From: Histomonas meleagridis 2922-C6/04-290x
Taxonomy: Eukaryota > Protista > Parabasalia
Length of the DNA: 64,000 nt
Direction: 5' to 3'
NCBI GenBank assembly: GCA_020184695.1
Contig: JAANOX010000126.1
Coordinates: 434,001-498,000, forward strand
Numbering within the stretch: the first letter of the stretch is position 1; every line of letters begins with the position of its first letter. Shown piece after piece: positions 22,114 through 33,261 of this stretch. The notes under the pieces were generated by a model. It searched no databases and was not told the origin of the DNA. It saw only the letters and a program-made list of their open reading frames with translations. Made by a program: the position numbers and the translations under genes.

Positions 22114-23639
22114 TTAATCCTCTGAGTTTAATATTGTGCTTAAGGTATCTATCAAGTACTGAATCGCGAATTGAGTTGCATGTTTAAAATACAAATCGAC
22201 TTGCAACATTTCCACTGATTCTCTTTTAACCTTAAAAGCCAAATACATGAAATCTGCTGACCTTCTAGATATTATGTTCATATCATCGTAATGAAAGAAT
22301 TCGAATCCTTCATTATTTAGCATCCGTTGTATCTTCGCCAGCACAACTTCAAGTGGCAAATTTATGTCAATAAACGGCTGCACCACATCAAACAGAAAAT
22401 CTTTCGTTTGAACGTTAGCCCAACCGACGGGCTTTGTCAAAGAGAAGCCATTCTCCAGCGACTGGACATCTGGCGATTGTTGTTGGCCAACTACAGATGT
22501 ATTAAATGAAGCAGGTGAAATCATAAAGGTTTCATCAAGCAAATTGATCTCATCATCTCGATGCCATGGAATACTTTCAACAGTTACATTCGATGTTAAC
22601 ATGTTATAAAAAACTTTGGCCATGGAATGACCATGCTTGGTTAAATCAACATATAACTCATTGACATCACTGTAGCCAATTTGTTGTAACATCGATATAA
22701 CTAATGGATCTGCATTACTGACATCAATTGGATCTTGTAAGTATGGTAAAGGTAATGGAGTTGGAAAGATATATGATTCAGGAATACTGATTCTAAAAGC
22801 TGGATGATCTTTGATTTGTTTTATGGTTATACGTTTTTGTGGATCTGTTTGAAGCATTCGTGATATGAGATCTTTGATTAGTGGATGGAAATCTGGCATT
22901 ACATATTGACCAATTTTGACTTTGGCTAAAAGATTTCGAATGGCCGGATCATTAAAAGGATGTTTTCCCTATGAGTTAGTCGTTAGTAAAGCCGAAGGAA
23001 ATTATTCCTTCGGTGAAAAATACATACTGCTAATAAAACATATAATATGACACCACAACTCCAGATGTCTGCAATACGCCCATCATATGGAACACCACGA
23101 ATGACCTCGGGCGCTGCATAATGTGGTGAGCCACAACTGGTGTCAGCAATATTTGATTTCATCCAGCGTGCAAAACCGAAATCTCCAATCTTAACATCAC
23201 CAAACTCATCAAGTAGGATGTTTTCAAGCTTGAGATCACGATGACAAATGGCATGAGAATGAAGATATTCAACTCCATATATTATCTGTCTGAAGAATTT
23301 TAAGGCTAGATTCATGTCTAAAGGCCTCCTATGCAAAAGGAGATCAAAGAGTTCACCACCTTGTGCATATTCAAGTATGATGTATAAATGATTTTGACTT
23401 TCACATACTTCAATCAACTTTAAAAGGTGTGGATGTTGAAGTAGCCTCATTAACGATATTTCCCTTTGAACATTTACGAGCAAATCTGGATTTTTTTCGA
23501 ACCAGATTTTTTTCATCATTTTTATAGCAACTAAATCTCCAGTGCTTACGTGTTGTGCTAGCATGACTTTTCCTTGATTACCTTTTCCTAGTTGCCGGAT
23601 GACGTTGTAGTTCCCAATCATAGAGGTCCTTTGCTGCAT
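22114..23639 (-). CDS. CAMK-family (BRSK/Nim1-like) Ser/Thr kinase; exons 23639-23028 and 22968-22114, 488 aa
   Basis: GKGNQG, HRDLKLEN, DFG, CGSPHYAAPE motifs. Removing a 59-nt intron gives VLLA|GKHPFND in frame. Confidence 0.93.
22969..23027 (-). other. Spliceosomal intron, trichomonad type, phase 0
   Basis: 5' GTATGT and 3' ACTAACTCATAG; restores the kinase frame. Confidence 0.92.
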
Positions 23640-24136
23640 TTTAACGGAATTCCGTTTTGGTCCAAAACTAAAATTCTGTGCGGAACCAAAAGAAAAACAA
23701 AAATTGAATATTTTACATGGTGTATTCAAAAAGTGTTAAACACACCAAAAGCGTTTTAACGAACGGTTTTTTCTGACACCATTGAAACTTTCCTTTTTAC
23801 AACACCATTTTTTGTTGGAATATATGGTCGATAAAATGATTGAAAATTGATCAAAAAAATTTATGCAAAACAATATTGTTGGTGAGTGAATCTTCTCATT
23901 GGTAAAACTGAAGTTATGTGATTGAGTTTTCACAACATTATTTTTGATTTTGACATTTAGTAGTGATCAAAAATAATTCAACAACATGGAAATTTTTATA
24001 CTTGAATCAAAACAGAAAAAAATTTGTTTTTAAAATACACTTAAAATCCTGTGTAAAATCAAATATAAATGGATTTATTGATTAGAATTTTATGCAGATT
24101 AAAGCAAACAAACCTAGTTAAAACAAAAAATTTCAT

Positions 24137-24559
24137 ATGTCAGGAAACAACGAGAATTTCCGGAGCTTAGGAACACTTTTAACAATTGTAGGAGTTCTTT
24201 CTTTTATTTCAGCAATTTTTTCTGGTTTCAACAAAAGAATGGTAATTGTATCCAATTTTCTCTTTTTTGCTGGTATCGTACTAGTTTTAGGAATCAAAAA
24301 GTTTACAACCTTCATGACTCGTAAGAAGAGAATCGTTGGCACTATTATTTACTTAATTGGATTTATCTTAATTATTGCAAATAGAAATGGATGGGGTGGA
24401 ATTCTTCAAATCATAGGTATTTTATCAATGTTTGGTGGGTTTGTTCCTATGCTCTTTAACAAAATGCAAAAGCTTCCTTATATCGGAAAATATTTCAGAT
24501 TTGCACTTCCTAGTTTCTTTTATGATTCGTCCCTTAATGACGAAGAACTACCATACTAA
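24137..24559 (+). CDS. GOT1: Got1-like vesicle transport protein
   Basis: Four TM helices, SNFLFFAGIVLVLG, FGGFVP motifs. Confidence 0.88.
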   Translation: MSGNNENFRSLGTLLTIVGVLSFISAIFSGFNKRMVIVSNFLFFAGIVLVLGIKKFTTFMTRKKRIVGTIIYLIGFILIIANRNGWGGILQIIGILSMFGGFVPMLFNKMQKLPYIGKYFRFALPSFFYDSSLNDEELPY

Positions 24560-24968
24560 ATATAACTGTTTACTCTATATGTTTTTTAATAATTCTAATA
24601 TTTAAAATTAATTGTCAGAAAAATTTTTAACATAAATTATGAATATATGTTAAAATATATATGTGGTGATTTGATTCATTCTTTTCAAAGATGGAGTATT
24701 TTTAGCGAAATTTTTGGGCTTTCTGTGTTTTGAAAGGTGCTTTAAACCACATTTAATGTGCTAAAGTTGTCAGTGAATTGTACCAGAACCAAATTCTTTA
24801 GAAACTGAAACAACAAAAAATGTTTCCCATTGAACAAATTGTGTTTAAAATAAGAAAAACATTTTAGTTTTTTTCATTGCACAAACAAAGAACACTTTCC
24901 TGATACATTTAATTATTGTATAATTAATTAATTTTTTTCATTATTTTTATTTCCTTTTTAATATGTAT

Positions 24969-25250
24969 GTACTGCAGCACATAACTTACTGCTTCTACAT
25001 GTGTATAATATTATTTTATATTTTGCGTATATTTCATTTCATTATATAATGTTTGTACTTCAGCACATAACTTACTGCCTCTACATATGTATAATATTAT
25101 TTGATATTTTGCTATATTTCATTTCATTATATAATGTTTGTACTTCAGCACATAACTTACTGCTTCTACATATGTATAATATTATTTGATATTTTGCTAT
25201 ATTTCATTTCATTATATAATGTTTGTACTTCAGCACATAGTTTACTGCTT
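24969..25250. repeat. 85-bp tandem repeat, about 3.3 copies
   Basis: Unit starts (gtact.cagcacata) at 24969, 25055, 25140 and 25225. Confidence 0.92.
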
Positions 25251-25330
25251 CTTCGAATGTGCATTTTGACAAATAAAAACTTTAAAATTACATTAATTTC
25301 TTTATTTAAACAATTCGTTCTAATTTTTAT

Positions 25331-28111
25331 TTATTTGAACAATCGAAGGAATCTCTTCAACGCCATTTTCATTTTTCTTATTGGCGCAGCGAAGACTTTC
25401 GTTGGTATTTTTCTGAACAAAGCACCGAATGGGATGCACAGCGCTGCGATTACCAGTGATCTGAACTGTTCCTCCAACGTCAGCGGTGCGCAAGCGAAGA
25501 AATTACCGAAGTATTGCACCAAAACGAATTCGACAACTCCAATGCCGAACATTATCACCAGGAATATAGTGTTATCGCCAATGCCTGCGATCAACGAGTC
25601 ATTTCTATCCACGACTCTTGCGTTTACCAAGTTAAACATTTGACAATAGACGAAAACATTAAAAACTAAAGTGTAATGATGTAATGACTTCTTTTCGATG
25701 TCGCCATTAAATATCAAAAGTAATGCCACGACAATAATTTGGAAGATGCATTGTCCCAAAATGTTCTGTATCATGAACATTGATATTAATGGCTCATTTC
25801 TTCGCGATGGGTTTCGCTTCAATAACGAAGGATGTGGTTTTCCTGTTGCTAAAGCTAAAGCGCCGAGTGAATCCATGATCAAGTTGATCCATAACATTTG
25901 CACCGCTTTAAACAATGAATCGTTTAATATTATCGCGGATACAAATGATATAAATAACGTGACAATGTTCGCAGTAAGTTGGAACTGAAGAAATCGACGG
26001 ACATTATTAAAGATACAACGTCCCCAAATCACTGATTTGATGATCGACTTAAAGTCATCATCCAAGATAACTATGTCTGATGCTTCTTTCGCTAACTCGG
26101 TTCCACATTTACCCATAGATAATCCGACATCTGCTTTCATTAATGCTGCTGCATCATTAGTTCCATCTCCTGTCACAGCTACAATTTCGCCATTGTTATG
26201 TAACGCTGAAACTATCATATGTTTATCCATTGGTGTCGAACGTGCTATGACATTAACTGTCGAAAGTCGTTCGATAAGTTGTTTCTCATTTAAGTTACGT
26301 AATTCAGAACCAGTTACAATGTTTTCGTTTTCTTCATCTTCGGTAATTATTCCACATTCTTTAGCAATAGCTTTAGCTGTGATTAAGTTGTCGCCAGTGA
26401 TCATTATGACTCGAATTCCCGCGTTTTGACAATCATTAATTGATTGTTTAGTTGAAGGACGTAATGAATCACGTATAGATACAATGCAAATTAATGTTAA
26501 ATTCGATTCTGATTCATTCGAATCATTTGGAATTGTTTCTAAATCTTTGTAACAAATCGCTAATAATCGATATGCTTGATTACAATGATTATTACTTATT
26601 GATGATATTATATCTTTTGTTTCTTTGTTTAATGGATGAACATTACAATTAGAATCTAAATATGACGTACAATTATCTAATATTGTTTCATTCGCACCTT
26701 TAACATATGAAATATATTTGTTTTGTTTCGTTATAATAGTTGACATTCGTTTCCGATTTCGATCGAATTGGAATGATTTAATTATTGGGTTTTCTTTTCG
26801 CGTTTCTGTTATGTTTCCATTTAATTGCTTAATAAGTCGTAATAACGCAGCTTCTGTTTGTGATCCGATCATTGTACCATCTGCTGATAAATAACCAGTT
26901 GTATTTATCGCAATTGATTCCATTAAAGTTTCTTTATATTTATCATTAACATTTTCATCTAATTCATTAACATTAATATCTTTGTCGCCAATAATAACAC
27001 GTTCAACATTCATTTGATTCATTGTTAATGTTCCTGTTTTATCAGTGCAAATTATCGTCGCGTTACCCATTGTTTCACATGCATATAAATGACGAACAAA
27101 ATTATTGTCCGACATCATTTTACGCATGGAATATGCTAATGATATAGTGACGGCTAATGGTAACCCTTCAGGGACTGCTACAACAATGATGGTTAATGCA
27201 TTAATTAAATATGTTAATACATCTTTAAGTGATTTTAATGTAAAGCCATATTTAATGCGCATTAGTAACCATCCAACTGTTAATGCAATAAATGTTAACG
27301 AGGCAACAAGCATACCAACATAGCCTATGTTCTTGGCTAAGTCCTCAAGGCGCTCTTGAAGTGGTGTAAGTTTTTGTTCGTTTTCTAATAATGAAAACAT
27401 TTTGCCACTTTGCGAATTAGGACCAACACATAATACTAAAAATGTTCCACGGCCTTCAACAACGTGATTCCCCGAGTAAAGAAATGGATCATTTTCATCT
27501 TTGTCAACGGCTTCACTTTCGCCTGATGTTACAGATTGATCAACTTTCATCTCATATGACTTAATAAGAAGTCCATCAGCAGGTATTTTATCTCCAGCCT
27601 CTAAAAGAACAACATCTCCAACGACTACATCAGTATTCTTGATTTTAATTTCGTCGGAATCTCGAATTACTACTACATCAAATATGGATTTAATACGGTT
27701 AACAGATGCAAATTGAAGTTCTTGCTTGTGATTAGAATAAGCTTGAACAAATGAAACAATAACAACAGCCATTAAAATTGCAGCTCCATCAATCCAAGAA
27801 GTCGATCTTTCTTCAGGAGATGCAAAAATTACTTCAAATATAAGACTAAAAATGGCACATGAGATTAAAATTAATAATGTTTGATCATTAAGTGCCTCAA
27901 TAAGCATATCAAAAAACGAACTTACTTCTTTTTCTGGAAGTTCATTTGTGCCATATTTTGATTTTTGACTTGAAATTGAATTTTTCTTTAATCCATTTTC
28001 AACATCACTATTAATTTTTTTGGCAACCCCATTAACATTGCCCAATTCATGGATTTTCTTTGTGTCTCCACTCTCTATTAGAGAAGACAATTCTGAAGCA
28101 GACAAATCCAT
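25331..28111 (-). CDS. P-type Ca2+-ATPase (PMCA/IIB-like)
   Basis: VPEGLPLAV, DKTGT, TGDN, GDGTND motifs. ATG at 28111. Confidence 0.95.
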   Translation of the reverse strand: MDLSASELSSLIESGDTKKIHELGNVNGVAKKINSDVENGLKKNSISSQKSKYGTNELPEKEVSSFFDMLIEALNDQTLLILISCAIFSLIFEVIFASPEERSTSWIDGAAILMAVVIVSFVQAYSNHKQELQFASVNRIKSIFDVVVIRDSDEIKIKNTDVVVGDVVLLEAGDKIPADGLLIKSYEMKVDQSVTSGESEAVDKDENDPFLYSGNHVVEGRGTFLVLCVGPNSQSGKMFSLLENEQKLTPLQERLEDLAKNIGYVGMLVASLTFIALTVGWLLMRIKYGFTLKSLKDVLTYLINALTIIVVAVPEGLPLAVTISLAYSMRKMMSDNNFVRHLYACETMGNATIICTDKTGTLTMNQMNVERVIIGDKDINVNELDENVNDKYKETLMESIAINTTGYLSADGTMIGSQTEAALLRLIKQLNGNITETRKENPIIKSFQFDRNRKRMSTIITKQNKYISYVKGANETILDNCTSYLDSNCNVHPLNKETKDIISSISNNHCNQAYRLLAICYKDLETIPNDSNESESNLTLICIVSIRDSLRPSTKQSINDCQNAGIRVIMITGDNLITAKAIAKECGIITEDEENENIVTGSELRNLNEKQLIERLSTVNVIARSTPMDKHMIVSALHNNGEIVAVTGDGTNDAAALMKADVGLSMGKCGTELAKEASDIVILDDDFKSIIKSVIWGRCIFNNVRRFLQFQLTANIVTLFISFVSAIILNDSLFKAVQMLWINLIMDSLGALALATGKPHPSLLKRNPSRRNEPLISMFMIQNILGQCIFQIIVVALLLIFNGDIEKKSLHHYTLVFNVFVYCQMFNLVNARVVDRNDSLIAGIGDNTIFLVIMFGIGVVEFVLVQYFGNFFACAPLTLEEQFRSLVIAALCIPFGALFRKIPTKVFAAPIRKMKMALKRFLRLFK

Positions 28112-28334
28112 AATGAAATTTGTTTGGGCGGCCAAATAAACTCTTCACAATTATCTGTTTTCATCGACTCAAAAACTAACCTTGAAAAACCTTTACAAAT
28201 GGACAATACGCTTCTGAATATTGAGTGTGAACGATGAATCCCTTTCAATTTCGTAAACGTTTACGTCGCAAAATAAAAATGATTTTTGTTGGAAATATTA
28301 TACAAGTATTTTTAATTTTTTTTTTACTAAATTT

Positions 28335-29543
28335 TTATAATTCAATATTGTCATTTTCATTTGCTAATTGATCAGTTTCTTCTTGTGTTTCATTTGGATA
28401 TTCATTATTTATTTTTTGAAATTCTGGAAGTAATTTATCATTAAAACCTTGATCAGATGAAATATCTCCATCATAACGGAAATAGGATAATTTTGGATAC
28501 CCATAATGTTGAATAATTCCAAATGTAAGTAATAAAAACCCAAAGAGTTCAATATATGATCCAGCAACCCACTCTTCTCCAATTTCTTTTAAGTGACTTA
28601 AGTTTGCTGAGTTTAAAAATGAATAATATAAAATTAATTGAATAATCCAAATAATAAATGTTCTAAATAAATCTGCAAGTAAGCGAATAATTGCAGACGT
28701 TTTTGAAAGTAAAGTAAATGAATTAAATGCATAAATACTACAAATTAAAAAGAATATTACAACCATAACAGAAATTAATGTTGAATTCTTTATCATTTCA
28801 ATGGTATCATTAAAATCTTCATGAAGGATTCCTGGTATATAATTAAAAATAAAAAGAGAGATTATAGAGAAAATGGTTGTCCAAATTCCTTCAATTCCTG
28901 TAATAATTAAAGCATGAAGTTTTTTCTTTTGAATTATATATTCATCAAATGAAATTTTTATAGCATAAAGAAGTTGTGTTATTATTTTTACAATAATAAT
29001 GATTGAGTTTAAACCTTTTCCTCCTTGAATTGTATGTGATTTACCTGAATTAATAATACTGGAAGTTCCTACAATGATTAAAGAAAGAGTAATTATTGAT
29101 AATGCAAATAATTTATATTTAGGAATTACTTGACCAAAATAAAACCTTGTAATTAAAGTAACACCAATAAGTGTTGCACTTTTCATCATACAATCTATTG
29201 GAATTCCAACATGATCAATAGCAACCATAGATACAATACATTGGAATACATCAAAAAATGCAGGGATAGAAAACATGAAGAAAAGTTCTTTTGTTATTAC
29301 TTCTAAAATATTGGGATAATTTATATAATCAAAATAAGTACAAATACAATAAACAATAATTGAAAAAGGCATACCAAAAAATCCTAAAGCTGCAATAAAC
29401 ACTGGCTTTTGGAATTTATGTTCACCATATTGTTTTAATCCATTAGCTTTTGTTTCCAATAATAATTTTGTTAAAAGAGTCCCAAAAATCCCAAGTAAGA
29501 AAAAGATTGTCAAAGGAATAATATATCTTTTCAGGCTATACAT
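28335..29543 (-). CDS. SLC35/DMT-family integral membrane transporter
   Basis: About 10 TM helices; FQKPVF, IPAFFD, GIEG motifs. Confidence 0.8.
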   Translation of the reverse strand: MYSLKRYIIPLTIFFLLGIFGTLLTKLLLETKANGLKQYGEHKFQKPVFIAALGFFGMPFSIIVYCICTYFDYINYPNILEVITKELFFMFSIPAFFDVFQCIVSMVAIDHVGIPIDCMMKSATLIGVTLITRFYFGQVIPKYKLFALSIITLSLIIVGTSSIINSGKSHTIQGGKGLNSIIIIVKIITQLLYAIKISFDEYIIQKKKLHALIITGIEGIWTTIFSIISLFIFNYIPGILHEDFNDTIEMIKNSTLISVMVVIFFLICSIYAFNSFTLLSKTSAIIRLLADLFRTFIIWIIQLILYYSFLNSANLSHLKEIGEEWVAGSYIELFGFLLLTFGIIQHYGYPKLSYFRYDGDISSDQGFNDKLLPEFQKINNEYPNETQEETDQLANENDNIEL

Positions 29544-29699
29544 TAATATCCAATCAAAAACAAATAGCTTTCAGGAACCCAACAAAAGCGGAATTTTATG
29601 ACTTAAAATCGGTTAATTTTATCATCAAAAATATTAAAACATTATCTTTTTTTTTTTAGTTTTAGGAATGAGACAATTTTATTAACATTCGAAACGCAA

Positions 29700-30751
29700 A
29701 TGAAAACGATCAGATTAAATTCAATTAATATCAAAAAGTTCTTAAAAAGGGTTTTAAGCACTAACAGGACTGTACGGATCTGTGTAACACTTTATATTAC
29801 TGCAAATGAAACAAATTTACCATTTTATTGCCCTCAAAAATATGATGATAAATTAATTTGGGTGAATGTTGCAATACTCCATTTCATAATTGCTTTCTTA
29901 GAAATCTAAAAGCCATAGCAATCTTCTTAATTTCCTATATTTTCATAATTGTACCTTCAACAAGATTTACATCCAATTCCTTATGACTTTCGTAATGTTC
30001 GAGTTTTTCCTGGAACATTTTTTGAAGATTTAATAAAACCAATTGAATCATCCAAACAGAAAGTAGATTTATTTGGTTTTTCACAAGGATGTTTTGTTCT
30101 TCATCATTTTCTTACTGAAATCACTAGTCCTAAATGGTTAAAAGAACATATTCATAAAGTTGTATTCCATGGAGAAACTTTTGCAGGATCACCATCAATT
30201 TTTTATGAATTTTGGAACAAAAAATTTTCTTTTGAACCAATTATCCCATTAAAATTAATTGATGAATTTATGGAATCATGGCCAGTGTTTCATATTCACA
30301 TTCCAAATACTGAAGTACAATTATATTTGTGCCTAATAAAGAAGAATATAAATCATCTGAATTTTTGGAGCTAATGATCAAACATGGAAATAATATAAAA
30401 ATGTTAAAACATTCTTGGAACAGATTTGTTACTTAGTTTCCAAAAGATATTGATAAAGATATACCTGTTTATTTGTTTTATAATGATGGAATTAAAAAGA
30501 GATATCAAATGGATTTTAAAAATGGTTGGAATAAATCACCTAAAATAATTTACGATAAAGGTGACGGAACAATTTCATCATATTCAATAAAAAAGATATG
30601 TGAAAATTGGGAAAATGTAAAATGTTTTAATTTTGAAAGTAACTCAAAGCGGTTTAATCATGATGGAATTATTCAAGATGATTTTGTCTTTGAACAAATT
30701 TTAAATGCTTTAGATGATAAAGACATTACAATAAGACATGATGAAATATAA
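29700..30751 (+). pseudogene. Fragmented LCAT/group XV phospholipase A2 gene
   Basis: LPFYCP..LIWVN, PYDFR, GFSQG, GDGT and HDGI motifs spread over at least three frames. Confidence 0.7.
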
Positions 30752-30859
30752 AATTTACTAAAATTTACGAAGGCAAATTACCGTTTTTATTTATAAATTC
30801 TTATTTACTAATAAAAAATTTTGCTTTAAAATGAATTCCATCTAAATTTGATTCATAAA

Positions 30860-31050
30860 AATTTTAAACATTTCATTTATTTCAATATTAACTATTTCTT
30901 TGTCAATTTTCTCAGTTGCTACTGTAAGTATTGTATCGAATATTTTAAATAATTTCCAAATATTATTTTGAAATATAAAATCATTAAAATATCTTTAAAT
31001 AAAACAAATATATCACTTTTATGCATTAATATCAATATCTTTTGTTGTAA
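30860..31050 (-). pseudogene. Orphan ankyrin repeat fragment with an 80-nt interrupting element (30935-31014)
   Basis: QQKDIDINA...[80 nt, TGG at -24]...TILTVATEK. Confidence 0.7.
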
Positions 31051-31264
31051 AAATACGATACAGTGATTTCTGAATATCGGCGGTTATTTCTTTAAGACGA
31101 CGATCACGACTGTTTTATTTATTCAATTTTACTTATCGTAAATATAACCGTTGCTACTGGACGATAGATTTTTTTCTGTAGATTAACGATCATTTATATA
31201 TGGATGTGTATTCTCCGCCCAACCAAGCAGCAAAATTTGTAGGATTGAATATGATTCAATTGAT

Positions 31265-32907
31265 TTATAGCCATTGATCATTTTCCTTAAGAACGAATTC
31301 TTTAACTTCTTTGTTGATGACTTCTGCGTCACCTTCTGATGAACTTATCGTTGTCATTTCTGTTTGCGTATTCGAATTTCCTTTTTGTTTGCGTTGAATT
31401 AAAAAGAGAACGAGTCCAATCATAAGTAATACGATGATTACTGAACCACAGATAATACCAATTAATGCACTTCGTGAAATTGTATCATTTTCATGTAATT
31501 CTTCTTGAAGTATTGTATAGAAATTAGAATAATAAATATAATACGTCGGATATTGATAAAGAATATATTCATATGTAATAAATTCAGAATAAATATAATA
31601 ATATGTCGAATGAGTTAATGTAATACTAATCGAATTCGTAATAATCGATTTGGAAATAATCGTTTGCGTAATGGAATATGTGGAAATTATCGTATGAACA
31701 AATGTTCCATCGAATTGTAATGAATTAGAAAGTGAACTTAAATATGTAAATGTATTCGAATTTGTAAAAACATTTGACTTAGTAAATGTATTTGATTTTG
31801 TAAATGTATTTGATTTTGTAAATGTATTTGATTGTGTAAATGTATTTGACTTAGTAAATGTATTTGATTGTGTAAATGTATTTGATTGGGTAAGTGTATT
31901 TGATTTTGTAAATGTATTTGATTGGGTAAGTGTATTTGATTTAGTAAATGTATTTGATTGTGTAAATGTATTCGATTGTGTAAATGTATTTGATTTAGTA
32001 AATGCATATGGTTGTGTAAATGTTTGAGTTGCCATTGGACTGCATCCATCAACAGTCGTTCCTTTGTTTGCATTTTTTTCTCCAAATGTATCTCTATTAT
32101 ATGAATCAATTGTCATAACATATTCTGCAGGAACACCATAAAAAACATCTGATCCTAAAAAACTTGATCCAAATTCTGGTTCACTTTCACCATAATAATA
32201 TATACATTGAAGACTTGTGCACCCATAAAATGCAGAACTTCCAATTTTGGTAACTGATGATGGTATTGTTATATTAATTAATGAAGAACAGTATTGAAAT
32301 GCACTATTTCCAATTGTGTTTACATTTTCTCTAATTGTTACTGTTTTTAATTTTTTACAATTATTAAACATTGAACTTGAAATTGAAGTTACTAAATTTG
32401 GAATTGTAATGCTTGGTAATGACGAACATGTTGAAAATGCACTACTTCCAATTGTATTTACATTCTTACCAAATGTTACTAAATTTAATGATTCACATAA
32501 TTGAAACACATATTGTCCAATCGTTTTGACATTATCACCAATAGTAATCGTTTCCAAATCAGAACAATAAACAAATGCATAATCTCCAATAGAAGTAACA
32601 CAATCACCAATTTCAACTGAAATTAATGAAGGCCACTCACGAAAAGCATCATATCCAATTTCTTCAACGCCGCCAGTGATTGTAACATGTGATGCTTCGT
32701 TTTTATATTCATCCCTATTTTTATATTCTTCATTAGTAGTTATATTTAGTGTCCCTGATTGAAATGTTTCAATAGATTGTGTAAAAAAGAGAACAAATAA
32801 AATAAAAAGGATTTTTGATTTGATTTCTTCTTTTTTGTGAATCTTTTGAATAATTACGTTTACTTTGTAAATAACAACAAAAAATAATATGATTATTGGA
32901 ATCATTT
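31265..32907 (-). CDS. BspA-like LRR_5 surface protein with T/S/N-rich stalk and C-terminal TM
   Basis: IGDYAF/IGSSAF LRR repeats, FT(Q/K)SNT repeats, TM ALIGIICGSVIIVLLMIGLVLFLI. Start uncertain. Confidence 0.88.
31745..32025 (-). repeat. 18-bp tandem repeats encoding FT(Q/K)SNT
   Basis: Repeated gtaaatgtatttgat on the + strand. Confidence 0.9.
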
Positions 32908-33261
32908 TGAATGAGAATGTGGATGGAAAATTTTGACTCGAATATTTGATGAATCCATCAAAGAAATGATAAGTCAGAAAAAAACTTGTACATGAAGAGA
33001 CGCCAAAAGGAAGCAGTGCAAATGATGAATGTTGTAGCAGATGTAACATTGATAAAAAATTGGAATTCATAACCCATGACACCTGCCACATAAAACCGTC
33101 TAGAGAACATAAATACGTTTAAACGTGAAGCTTTCCAAAATTTGTGTCAAACTGAAATAATTGTTATGGGATCCAATTGAAAAAATAAAAAAAACTGATT
33201 CGATAGCGCCGTTTGCCATTATATTATTCCAACAAAGAATATGATGAGAATTTATTTAGTT

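Noticed and set aside
24969-25250. CRISPR array
   Set aside because: Whole units are repeated with no unique spacers, there are no cas genes, and the context is eukaryotic.
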